The translations under genes and the position numbers were made by a program. DNA of 64,000 nt. It comes from Octopus sinensis (Eukaryota). The notes under the pieces were generated by a model. The model did no database searches, was not told the origin of the DNA, and worked only from the letters and a program-made list of their open reading frames with translations. The DNA is taken from contig NC_043006.1 in assembly GCF_006345805.1 (NCBI RefSeq), positions 25,110,001 through 25,174,000 on the forward strand. Reading direction: 5' to 3'. Shown piece by piece: positions 51,547 through 63,689 of this stretch. Each line of letters starts with the position of its first letter. Within the stretch, counting starts at the first letter, position 1.

Positions 51547-51939
51547 AATTAATAATCATTGGATGGAATTTATGAACATTTAATGAATTGCTACATGCAT
51601 TTTCACAAATCATGTTTCTTAAGATTGCAGTCCATATTTCTGGGATGATTACAGTGTAGTCCATAGTATCTGTGGGCATCAGGCTGATGTAACTTGCTTA
51701 ACCTTCATACTGGTAAAAAGGGATAAACATCCCTCTGTTCTACATCCATTAATGATATATCACCTGAAGAAATGAATCCATGAAGATGATCAACCCGATG
51801 ACCACAGATACTATGGACTGCACTGTAATCATCCCAGGAATATGAACTGTGTTCTCAAGAGACATATGATTTGTGGAAACGCATGTAGCGATGCATTAAA
51901 TGCTTATAAGTTCCATCCAAGGATCATTTTATAATAATT
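51547..51939. repeat. 390-bp foldback with hammerhead core in each arm
   Basis: 51547-51690 is the reverse complement of 51788-51939. Confidence 0.9.
51788..51893 (+). ncRNA. Hammerhead ribozyme-like motif with long stem II
   Basis: CCGATGA (51795-51801; the left arm gives CTGATGC), cacagat/atttgtg stem II base, GAAAC (51876-80), gcat, GTA, gcgatg pairing with catcagc of the left-arm version. Confidence 0.6.
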
Positions 51940-52999
51940 CTGCTTGTCATTGTATTACTTAGCCCATCAGTAGTGCTTTTACGTGATTAGAGAAAAAGAG
52001 TGAGAAAAAAGAAGGAAAGAGAAAAGAGGGAGAAAGAAGCATCTGTGATGTGAGGTAAAGAGAATGTAATTGTAATGCTTTCACGTGATTAGTTGAAGGG
52101 AAAGTGAGGAGAAAGAAAGGGGAGTGACAAAAAGCAGATAAGGCAAAGAGTGAGACAGAAAGAGGGAGAGAGAGGCGTTCATGATGTGAGGGGGTATGTA
52201 ATAGTTTTTACATGGTTAAAAAGTTAGTTGAAGGTAGGAAAGTTTAAAATATAATTTTAGCAGAAAGGTGCTGTTCTGATGGTGAGGTTAAAAAAAGGCA
52301 GAGCGAGAAGGGAGAGAGACACAGAGAGAGGGATGGAAGAGAGAGAGGTGCTGGTGGTGATTGGATAGTGAAAAGTTTTTTCCTTTAATTGAACTAAGTT
52401 TTTTTATATCCCCTGTCACTTAATGGACATGCATAAGTACAATTCCATGAAATATCCACGCTTATTTACGTGGCAGATATATACAAGTTAACTAAAGGTT
52501 GTATCATATGTATGGGATTTTTTTTTGGTGTATGAGAAAAATAGAAAAATAAGAGTGAATATTTATTTTATAAGTGCTGTGTATTAAGTCTATAAAACTG
52601 TGCATAAAGTATATGAAGAAAAATTATGAGTTAGAGGTTATGCAACTATCTAAGGGATAAATGTATCCATAGGCACTACTGATGTATTACTTCACTATGT
52701 GTATTACTAATACACTATGTGTATTACTGGTGTATTACTTCACTACTTAACCTTGTTATAAGGTTAACAGTAGTTGGTAATTTAAATGGTAAACCATGGT
52801 TTAGTATATTCAGATAAGAAAAAAATGGAGCAACAATTAACAATTAGCAGTTGGTATTAAAAGGTCATAGTTTAATTGTAGTTCAAGAACATTTACAGCT
52901 GTTTCAGTTTGTTATTTCAAAGTAAATTTGCATTTATCTCGTTCTATTTAGAGAATGATTTAGAGTTTATTGGAGGAATATATATAGGAGAAAAAGGGA

Positions 53000-54560
53000 A
53001 ATGAAAAGAAAAAAAAGGAAAAAGCTTTTTATGTCTTTATGTTTACATTTTTGTGCCTTTTTGAGATCCATGTGTATGTACGTTTCTTCAATTAGATGAA
53101 TGGAGCACTTAAATGAAGCACTGGAAGATATCATTATTATATTTTATGCAAATGTAAAAATAGCCATGTACTGACCCTATATAGAGTAAATAAATGTGTT
53201 ATATTTAAAGTATTATATTTAAAACCAGTTTGTTATACATTAGAGGAGTACAGGTTCAAGTTTCAATTAGACAAATTTCAGGCACTCGTGTAATGGATAA
53301 TCTATACAATGTGAACATGTGCATAGTGTAAAATAATTCAATTTTATGTTTCTGTTTTCTTACAACAATCCTACTATTTTATTATGATGCCACAATATGA
53401 AATACAAGATATTAATGTGAGTCTTATCTTGATGATTTCTTATAGTTTTAAATGTTTTATAAAACCTATGTCTACACGTGGATAATGCTTCCAATTGGCA
53501 ATTAATTAAATTATTTTGTTTATATAAGTATATGTATAGTGATTCTTTTGTACATAGATGGCAGATAGAAGATTTATGGGTATATGGTGTAGCTGAGTCA
53601 ATAATTGACCAGTATAATTTATAGTTAACATTTTTTTGTTTGAGTTTATGTACATATGTAGCCAATGAAGCAGTGTTATTCATAATATTCAGTTTAAATG
53701 AATGTAAGTGTGCTAAAATTCTTTGTTTAAAAGTCAATAGAGCTCCCTATATATACCATACTGTGTGAGTTAGCAGTTTTAGTAAAAATACACTTATATA
53801 TAACGTTGAACCTTCTACATTTGCCTTCCAAAGGACATGATTTTTTATTTTTACATGTGCAATATTTAGTTGTATGTTTCTGTTTTGTGGTATAAGATTT
53901 AATGGTGTTATGATTATTTGTTATGGTGTGGTGTTATATTTAAATTTGTTGTGGAATCATTTATAATAGAACTAGGTAAATTAACTGTTTGTATATTACT
54001 ATTGTTATTAGATTGTGGTATTGGATTACCTAAAGTCCTGTCATATCCAATAGTTTGCATATTTTGAGATGTATAATTATTGGAATTTTGTTGAGATTTA
54101 GTTAATGTTATAGTATTGCTATGTATTCTTGTAATAAACTGGTATTATATTGAGTATTATTTGGTGCTATAGGACTATTGTGTATTTCATTACTAGTATT
54201 ATAGTTGTTAGTATTATTTCTTAAACTATATTTATATTTATTAAGTTTTCATCTATTAGAGCTGGCAATAATTGATCTTATGTTTGGCAATGTAGTAAAA
54301 GGTATTTCAATTGTTGATCTATTAAATATATGGTGATACTTATGATTATTAGGAAAACTATATCTCAAACCTTTATAAATAATCATAGTTATACTTTATA
54401 TATTATCTATATTATGGATGTATCGCTACTGTGATTTTTATGATGTAATTTTTCTTGCTTTTACTTTCTAATCGCTCTAATTGAATCTCTGGATGCCTTT
54501 GAGGTTTTAGATATTTCTCATATTAAGAGCACTTACCTGAAATCTAGTACACTTTATTTT
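53000..54560 (-). mobile_element. Penelope-like element 3' part with Asn-rich spacer
   Basis: FPNNHKYHHIFNRSTIEIPFTTLPNIRSII, about 130-codon Asn/Thr-rich stretch, CTCKNKKSCPLEGKC...NVIYKC...YIGSS, FKQRILAHLHSF...CHLCTKE...CRH. Confidence 0.82.
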
Positions 54561-54617
54561 CAAAGGATATATTTGATTAACTACATATGTATGTATGTAT
54601 ATGCACACACATATATA

Positions 54618-54790
54618 CGGGCATGGCTGTGTGGTTAGGGAGCTTGCTTCCTAGCTATATGGTTTCGGGTTCAGTCCCACTGCGTGGCACTTTGGGTAGG
54701 TGTCTTTCACTATAGCCCCGAGCTGACCGGAGCTTTGTGATTGAATTCGGTAGGTGGAAGTTACTGCCGTGTGTGTATATGTGCGTGTAG
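54618..54790 (+). mobile_element. SINE 5' part
   Basis: gggcatggctgtgtggttagggagcttgcttcc...gggttcagtcccactgcgtggcac. Confidence 0.8.
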
Positions 54791-55155
54791 GTGCTTGTGC
54801 CTCTCCGAAAGAGAGAGAGAGGGATTTTCCATCAGTTTTTTTTCTGTTTCTTCACAAAGAAGAGAAATATTTTGGAAGGAACTTTTATATATTTGTATAT
54901 TTATATATTTGATCTTTTGGTTTTCCTTATTATAAATATAATATACACTTGATATTTGTACACAAAAACTACTATTTTGATTTTCACTGAAAAACTTCAG
55001 TACAGAGTGTTTAAGGGACTATTAATTATATTATTTACATTACAGTAGAAATACTTTTCAAAAAAAGGGAGAAATAGAAGTTGTTTAGTACCCATACAGA
55101 ATATTGGTGGAAATATTTGTCCAAGAGAATGTCATTTTAGTTGATAGTTTATTAT

Positions 55156-55164
<9 letters not shown>

Positions 55165-55200
<36 letters not shown>

Positions 55201-55545
55201 AATGTATATACATATATGTATATGTGTGTCATATATATATATATGTATGTATAATATATATATATATATATATATACATACATACATACATACATACATA
55301 CATACATACATACATACACACATACATACATACATACATACATACATATCTTCATCATCATTTTAACATCCATTTGTTCATATGGATCAGATGGAATTTG
55401 TCAATGTGAATTTTCTATGCCTAATTGCCTTTCCTGTCACTTACTTTCACCTGTTTCCATGTAAAGCAATATTTCTTATGGCCAGACATGTTTTCACAAT
55501 AGATTGAAAACAAAGAACATAGATTATGTGACAGTGACACTGTCT

Positions 55546-55607
<62 letters not shown>

Positions 55608-56859
55608 CCTCTCTATCTATCTATAGTAGAACATGCAGTAGAATTAACCATGAGAACATTTGGTCTGGAAGCAAACTCAACAGCTATGTCTGTACCCAGT
55701 GCATTACATTTTCGAGTGGAAACGACTGTCTATAGGTTTTACTAAAGAAGCTCACTCCTTAGTGTGAAGGCACGTGGCTTAGTGGTTAAGAACATTCGGT
55801 TCACAATCATAAGGTTGTGAGTTCATTTTTTGCCAGCGTGTTGTGTAAAGCACTCTATTTCACATTGCCCCCAGTCTACTCAGCTGGCAACAATGAGTTG
55901 TAATTCAAAGGGCCATTCTGTGTCACATTGAATCTCTCTGAGAACTACATTAAGGGTATGCATGTTTATGGGGTACTCAGCCACTTGCACATTAACTTCA
56001 CAAGCATGCTGTTCCATTGAATGGATCAACTGGAACACTTGTTGTTGTAACCAATCGAGTGCCAGTCTTACATTGTATAGTGACACACTTATCACTGTCA
56101 GCATTGCATAGATTTCATTGGCATACCTTTTGTTCGTCTCAATTAGGGAGTACAATTTTCAACTTATACTTCCATTTTTTTATTAACACCTTCCTTAACC
56201 TTTTTTTCAGATTTTCTTTAGAAAATCTGTATGATCAAGCATCAGTTTACTCTTTACTCTTTTACTTGTTTCAGTCATGTGACTGTGGCCATGCTGGAGC
56301 ACCGCCTTTAGTCGATCAAATCGACCCCAGGACTTATTCTTTGTAAGCCTAGTACTTATTTTATCGGTCTCTTTTTTGCCGAACTGCTAAGTTACGGGGA
56401 CGTAAACACACCAGCATCGGTTGCCAAGTGATGTTGGGGGAACAAACACAGACAAACACGCACACACACACACATATATATATATATATTATATATATAT
56501 ATATGTACAAATGTATATACATATATGTATATGTGTGTCATATATATATATATGTATGTATAATATATATATATATATATATATACATACATACATACAT
56601 ACATACATACATACATACATACATACACACATACATACATACATACATACATACATATCTTCATCATCATTTTAACATCCATTTGTTCATATGGATCAGA
56701 TGGAATTTGTCAATGTGAATTTTCTATGCCTAATTGCCTTTCCTGTCACTTACTTTCACCTGTTTCCATGTAAAGCAATATTTCTTATGGCCAGACATGT
56801 TTTCACAATAGATTGAAAACAAAGAACATAGATTATGTGACAGTGACACTGTCTCTCTT

Positions 56860-56942
<83 letters not shown>

Positions 56943-57791
56943 TCTATCTATCTATAGTAGAACATGCAGTAGAATTAACCATGAGAACATTTGGTCTGGA
57001 AGCAAACTCAACAGCTATGTCTGTACCCAGTGCATTACATTTTCGAGTGGAAACGACTGTCTATAGGTTTTACTAAAGAAGCTCACTCCTTAGTGTGAAG
57101 GCACGTGGCTTAGTGGTTAAGAACATTCGGTTCACAATCATAAGGTTGTGAGTTCATTTTTTGCCAGCGTGTTGTGTAAAGCACTCTATTTCACATTGCC
57201 CCCAGTCTACTCAGCTGGCAACAATGAGTTGTAATTCAAAGGGCCATTCTGTGTCACATTGAATCTCTCTGAGAACTACATTAAGGGTATGCATGTTTAT
57301 GGGGTACTCAGCCACTTGCACATTAACTTCACAAGCATGCTGTTCCATTGAATGGATCAACTGGAACACTTGTTGTTGTAACCAATCGAGTGCCAGTCTT
57401 ACATTGTATAGTGACACACTTATCACTGTCAGCATTGCATAGATTTCATTGGCATACCTTTTGTTCGTCTCAATTAGGGAGTACAATTTTCAACTTATAC
57501 TTCCATTTTTTTATTAACACCTTCCTTAACCTTTTTTTCAGATTTTCTTTAGAAAATCTGTATGATCAAGCATCAGTTTACTCTTTACTCTTTTACTTGT
57601 TTCAGTCATGTGACTGTGGCCATGCTGGAGCACCGCCTTTAGTCGATCAAATCGACCCCAGGACTTATTCTTTGTAAGCCTAGTACTTATTTTATCGGTC
57701 TCTTTTTTGCCGAACTGCTAAGTTACGGGGACGTAAACACACCAGCATCGGTTGCCAAGTGATGTTGGGGGAACAAACACAGACAAACACG

Positions 57792-57820
<29 letters not shown>
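55165..57820. repeat. About 1.31-1.33-kb near-identical tandem duplication
   Basis: Identical ORFs at 55880/57211 and 56017/57348; the offset changes from 1309 to 1331 only across the (TC)n tract. Confidence 0.95.
55771..56068 (+). mobile_element. tRNA-headed SINE (third family); duplicate at about 57102-57399
   Basis: ggcacgtggcttagtggttaag (A box), gtgagttcatt (B-box-like); body matches 16105-16260. Confidence 0.75.
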
Positions 57821-57825
<5 letters not shown>

Positions 57826-57998
57826 CATATATATACGATGGGCTTCTTTCAGTTTCCATCTACCAAATCCACTCACAAGGTTTTGGTCGGCCCGAGGCTA
57901 TAGTAGAAGATACTTGCCCAAGGTGCCACACAATGAGACTGAACCCAGAACCATGTGGTTCGTAAGCAAGCTACTTACCACACAGCCACTCCTACGCC
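57580..57998 (-). mobile_element. Full-length tRNA-headed SINE (3' part duplicated at 56249-56475)
   Basis: Head ggcgtaggagtggctgtgtggtaagtagcttgcttacg; tail gagtaaaagagtaaagagt. Confidence 0.9.
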
Positions 57999-59719
57999 TA
58001 TATAATCAAACATGAAGTCAATTAAAAAAAGTATAAAACTTAGTGCTTATTGTCTTGCAAGCTGCATTAATTGATTATTGGTTTCTCTGATAAAGCACAT
58101 TTCGGAAAATCTGAAATGGATACTGTGATGTCCATGCTCTCCCTAGAGTTTTTAGTATACTGCTCCAATGACTTGATCAACTAGGAGCTTGGTCCTACCC
58201 AAATTCTTAACTATTTACTTAATTTGTCAGATCAGTGTTACTTATATTCCAAGAAAAGTTTAAAATAATATAAATATTTACTTAATCTATTGTTTGAATG
58301 AAAGATTATCTGAAAATCTCTCCTTTACTAATAAAATTTCACTTATGGGACCCATACCCAGCATCATTTCATTAAATGAACTTGCATACTATAAGAACCA
58401 TACTATAAAATGTAGACTTTTTACCGCAAAAGACCACAAGGTTACCATTGTATGTAATTATGCTCAAGTGAAAGAAACAGCTAAACAGTCAACCTCATGA
58501 AATTATAAAGAATTTCAAATATACAACTATATTAGAATCATCTGAACCAGACTTTTAAAATATTTAAAAACTAAATTCTTGGAATTTTTATTTAAAATCT
58601 CTAATTCCTTTATTTGTGCTTCCCTTTTCTCTTTTTTTTTTTTAAACTTAAATTAGTTTTTACATTGCTGTTTCAATTTGTAACCAGAATTGACTGTCTA
58701 ACTTGTTTGTGGGTTTAACGATTGCTGAACTGACATTTAGATGACATTTCTTATGTGAGATAACCAACAAGGTCTGAATTTCTATCTTTTTATTTGTATT
58801 GTTCTTTAGCAAAGCACTTAACAAATCTTAAAAAAAAAAGCACAATAAGTATTCAGCAGTGGAATCTTTATATCTAGGTTGCTAACAGCTTTTCTCCTAG
58901 AAAATGTGTGACTGAATCAAAATAGTTATACACAAGTTCATTTCTGGAAAGTTTGGGTAAAGGTGTTCTTTAGATTTTAGATAGTGTTCCAGTCCATTTT
59001 CCTAGACAGTTCTTTTATATTTCACTTCATTATTCAAAACACTTGAAATGATATACCGTTTCTAATAGTTGGCATATGTGCGTATGTGTGTTTTGTTTGC
59101 TTGTGTATATGTGTATTCATATGGACATACAAACATAAGTTCTTCAAAGAAAGATTATTTGTAATGTACTAAACAGTATTCTTAAATTATGTATCTGAAT
59201 TATAATCTTGAAAATTTTGTTTTATTGTTCGTTTCTAAATTACACAATGTTTTTATTTTATTTGTTTTAAATAACTATTCACTAATATTTATAGGATTCT
59301 GCCAAAGTAATTTCAGTTACTGACTCAAACATTTTACTCTCTAATCTTTATTGTATGGCAATCTTAAATTCTATTTTTGCAATACAGATATATATTTCTG
59401 ATAGTCTTTGTTATCACCAAAAGACTAGTTAAGGTATATAAAATGTATTCAAGTTAACTGCTGCCACTATTTGAAAGATAAAAATATCATTGTTATGTTA
59501 GAGTACTTTCTGAAGATAAAAACAGCAAAAACTATATTATTGTTGGGGAGTGTTTTAAGTTGCAGGTTACTGTATTTTCTTTATATTCACTAAAGATTAT
59601 AGGGTACATCAAGACTAAGCCTAGATTTAAAGTCTCAGTTATCACATGCAAAACAGATATTTATAGGCTCTTACACTTTGAAAGATGTTAGCAACTAAGG
59701 CAATATATAAGGACCTTAC

Positions 59720-59749
59720 TGAAAGAACTGAACATTACTAATATAGCAA
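59720..59749 (-). CDS. Possible further coding exon (FAILVMFSSF)
   Basis: tttttttctatactAG acceptor, GTAAGG donor, phase 1 compatible with the exon at 59947; short, so chance is possible. Confidence 0.3.
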
Positions 59750-59946
59750 CTAGTATAGAAAAAAATTATAGCCATCCACAGAAAATGACAAGATTAAAAT
59801 AAAATTGTATTAAAAAATATATATATATAATTCATTTATACATAAGCACAGAAGCAATAGAAGTGTGTAAGAGTTTATTAATATCTGTTTTGCATGCGAT
59901 AAGTAAGCTTTTAGTTACCACATATTTGGAAAGAATTTTTTCTTAC

Positions 59947-60010
59947 AGACATAGCTGACAATTTGTTCATAACTGTCAATGGCTGGTTTGACTGTCAGGC
60001 TTTGTAATTT
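59947..60010 (-). CDS. Coding exon (KLQSLTVKPAIDSYEQIVSYV) of unidentified gene
   Basis: ttgtttttAG acceptor, GTAAGA donor, phase 0 to 1, 92-nt upstream intron. Confidence 0.7.
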
Positions 60011-60102
60011 CTAAAAACAATCTAAAATATTCTTTTGTTTGCTAAGTTGTGAAGCCAGATAGTCTATTCTGCAAACTCAAAAGCCATTTACCACCCCTGT
60101 AC

Positions 60103-60171
60103 CTCCAGTATTATATCATAAACTGTCCACTTTGAGAATGGTGCTGCAAATCCTAATAGAGCCCAATCTAG
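60103..60171 (-). CDS. Coding exon (LDWALLGFAAPFSKWTVYDIILE)
   Basis: cacAG acceptor, GTACAG donor, 69 nt, phase 0 to 0, open only in the frame that joins its neighbours. Confidence 0.65.
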
Positions 60172-60389
60172 CTGTGTTCAATGGTCAAAGAATTTACCTG
60201 TATTTTAATTTTATCAGGTTTATTTTAATTTTATCAGAGGAATCAGCAGAGTTCTGAACAAAATACCTTGCATTAATTGTTCTGGCTCTTTACCTTCTGA
60301 TTTCAAATTTTGCCAAGATCAACTTTGCCTATAGTCATATAATTTATTATTTACTCCCAACAAAATTCCTGACCTTATGCTTCTGTATG

Positions 60390-60433
60390 AAATTATTATC
60401 ATTATTATTATTATTATTATCATTATTATTATA

Positions 60434-60486
<53 letters not shown>

Positions 60487-60490
60487 GATA
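60390..60490. repeat. (ATT)n microsatellite
   Basis: Direct reading. Confidence 0.95.
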
Positions 60491-60972
60491 GTGAATTTCG
60501 GTATTTGTTCCAATTCTTTATAATTTGAATTTAAATGTTGTTGGTGCTAATTTATCATCCTTTCCGGGCCATAAAATAAAGTATTTATCAAGTACTGAAG
60601 TCGATTTAATCAACTAAGCCCTCTTCCCCACAAAATTTCTGGTATCTTATCTATGTAAGAAATTCTGATTTTAATTACAGTTTTAGCTAAAAAAAAAAAT
60701 ATATAGACTTCAGAAAATTCAAATAAACATCATTAATTATAAAATACACACTTTGTGCTATTAAAATAAATTAAAAATAAAATAGTAATAGACTTCAAAA
60801 ATTACATTATATACTTAATAAATCACAAATTACAAATTTTATTTTGATAATTAACAAAGTGGTGTTTCCAGAAAAATATACATAAATACTACAAAATTCA
60901 TTACCATAGATTATTTATACCTACTTAATTAAAGAACACGCTAAAAAATTGTTCTTTAACAATGTAAAGTAC

Positions 60973-61130
60973 CTTTTGCACTGAATAGTCTGTTAATTTT
61001 GCACCATTGCCATTCCTGTGGACATCTTGCAATATGAGCCTACTCAAGACATCTGGTTCTGTACAAGTGCCATACCCATCCTCTTCATCATGCAGCAGAG
61101 CACTCAGTACTATCTTTTGGCTCATCTGAC
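60973..61130 (-). CDS. Coding exon (GQMSQKIVLSALLHDEEDGYGTCTEPDVLSRLILQDVHRNGNGAKLTDYSVQK)
   Basis: cacttttgtAG acceptor, AAG|GTACTT donor, 158 nt, phase 1 to 0, non-repetitive composition. Confidence 0.75.
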
Positions 61131-61958
61131 CTACAAAAGTGAACCTCAACAAACTGTTTACAACCCAAGAATCACTTGCTTGTTTCCTCCTCTCCTCTTC
61201 TCCTCTTCCTCTTTCTCTTCGTGTCACCATTTGCACAAGACTGCGCTGATACTGCTGATGCTGTTGCTGATGATGGCTGTTAAATTGCTGCAATCAATAT
61301 TGAGTAGTGAGGTACAGTATATGTGGCTAATGATGACATTCTAAAGTCTGCTTGCCTGTTGATTCAATCAGCTGACAGAAGATGGTGTCACAACCTCTGG
61401 TTGTTTGTTGTGCTACAACTAACCCACTAGTTTCGGTTTTTTTTTTTTTTTGCACTTATTTCTGTCTTCCAGAACAATAGTGACAGGTTGCTCAAAGAAA
61501 AACTTATGTCCCATCTGATATTTTTGTTTCAATAATCCACTTTTATCATTTTGTTTTGAATATTATGAGTTCACACTAATTAGATGCACAGTATAGAATC
61601 TTGTACAAATCTATAAATGCACAGAATTAGTCTTCCTGCCTTGAAAAATTGGAAAATAGGGTAAGTTTATGCCTGTTTCTGTGGCCTGGTAGAAACACAT
61701 CAGGAGTGTTGGTATTAAAATAAAATATGCAGATCATTATAAGATAAAGTTAGATATCATTGCTTATCTCATCTTATTGCTGTCAGTACTAAAATACGTA
61801 CAAAGTAGTGGTGACTGACAACAACTATCAAACAAAAAGTTAAGTATTGAGCATAAATTATGAGAAATAAGTGCGATAAATTATGAATGTATAAATTACT
61901 TTTAAAAGTAAATAGTTTCTTTTTTTTTTTACTTTGTGACTCAGTGTGCAATACATAC

Positions 61959-62006
61959 CTAAGAACATGAATACATAACTCCAGTTCAAGGCCTCCGTTG
62001 TTAATC
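61959..62006 (-). CDS. Coding exon (xLTTEALNWSYVFMFLG)
   Basis: cattacAG acceptor, TAG|GTATGT donor, 48 nt, ends in phase 1 matching the next exon. Confidence 0.55.
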
Positions 62007-62091
62007 CTGTAATGTGTTATAGGTAATAATGCAATAGCAGCTGAACTCCCATTATATGTCATAATGACCATTATAAGTGAAAAATCTTTAA

Positions 62092-62311
62092 CCCTTTCGT
62101 TACTATATTTATTTTAAGATGCTCTGTGTTTCTTTCAATTACTTTAAATATAACAAAGAATTTAGTAAAATAACTTAGTTATCATTCAGCTAGAGTTAGG
62201 AACATAGATTGTGACTAAGGTTTGATGGGAGATTTTAATTCAAAACTTATGAAAACAAGATATTTGTACTCAGAGCCAGAGCCGGTTTCAGGCGGACTGG
62301 TAACGAAAGGG
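62092..62311. mobile_element. piggyBac-type MITE, copy 3
   Basis: TTAA|CCCTTTCGTTAC...GTAACGAAAGGG|TTAA, perfect 12-bp TIR. Confidence 0.9.
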
Positions 62312-63689
62312 TTAAATCTTGTTCCCATCATTCAAAATTGGTTAAATACCTTCCAAAAATACACAACTTGTTCTACACTTTCAGACTAGAAAGCTAGAAC
62401 TGACTGTACTTATGCATTTATTATAATTCTAAACTTAATTATTTGCTTTATTTCAATGTTTTCCATGCCTCTTCAAATATAAAAAGTGTTTCTTTTCCAA
62501 ATATGTATTTAAGTTCAGTACTGCTATTTATTGCTGTCTACAAGAGAGTTTCTAGACTTCTCATTTCTGAAATCATATTCATATAAACTTAATTACTCTC
62601 TATGCACTAATTGTCTATACACTTGAAAATTATCAATAACATCTAGTTCTTCTATAAAAGCAATAACAACACTCAACATTTTTCTAATTCAAATACATTG
62701 CAGAGAAGTTTACCTCCAATCTTAATGTGTTTTCTGATGTTTTTTAAATTAAAATGTATTTATATTGAAGAAATTACTGTAAGGTATACCAAAATCAAAG
62801 AATTTTCTCAGTATTTAATAGCAACATGTCTAGTAGTTGATCTGGTTTGCACTCAGCTTCTAGGTTTTCTAGCCTTACTCACTTTACTAATCATTCAGGC
62901 TTGATATTAACTGCTTCTCTTTTACAAAGACTCTCCTTTGTGTGATGTTCTGAATTTTGGCTCAATGGAGCTTTTTTTGATAAAAAATTTCATCTTTTTG
63001 AAATTAAGATGATGGTTAAGGCAAATTAACAGTTTTATGGCTATAACTTAATAATGTTTACTCAACAATTAGAACTGTATGTTTATCCCTTCCCTTAATC
63101 GTTTATATGAAATATTAAATTTTATTTATAAATAACTACTTTGATCTCTCATTAACCTTTTTTCTTTCTGTTTAGTGCAACAAATTATATATCATTTGAA
63201 ACTCTTAAAATATTTATTTTAATTGGTTGGTTCCACAGAAGATGATATGTAAAAACATTCAATCACATCATTTACATTGAATCTTAATTATACTGATTGT
63301 TTTTCTTTGTCTTTTTTTTCTCCCCATATTTTACTTTCAAATATTACAGTTGAGTACAGATAGTAAATCTTTTTCATATACTATACCAGTTACAGTGTGT
63401 TAATAGTGATTTTAGAAAGATCTGGTTGGTTGAACTTCAGAAAAAGTTGCCTACAGTAATTATTGCTATCGGATGTTTTTGCTAACAAGCATATTAAGAT
63501 AGGCTTGTGTAAAGTATTTATCCAAATACTAAGTTTTAAAAATAATGTACCTTTTATTCATTTTCTTTGTTCTATTACAGTGAAGCCACAATTATCACTC
63601 TATACTAGATATGTTTCTTTATTAGCCACACAGGGCTGCACACAGATGGGACAGATTACAAAGTAGAGCTTTTCTTTTTGGGGGAAAAA

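Noticed and set aside
53235-53292. Hammerhead-like gagtgc-CTGAAAT...GAAAC...gtactc on the minus strand
   Set aside because: Stem I pairs, but the core and cleavage triplet are too degenerate to support a call.
3603-57965. Numerous [16 protein letters not shown] and poly-I/L ORFs in the track
   Set aside because: They are translations of (ACAT)n, (AT)n, (GT)n, (CT)n and (ATT)n microsatellites.
61080-61110. ALLHD as an HD-domain (RelA/SpoT or MESH1-like) motif
   Set aside because: Five-residue similarity only; flanking sequence does not resemble HD hydrolases.
60925-61293. 122-aa ORF as a single-exon gene
   Set aside because: The N-terminal part is Gln/purine-rich simple sequence upstream of a good acceptor; only 60973-61130 behaves as an exon.
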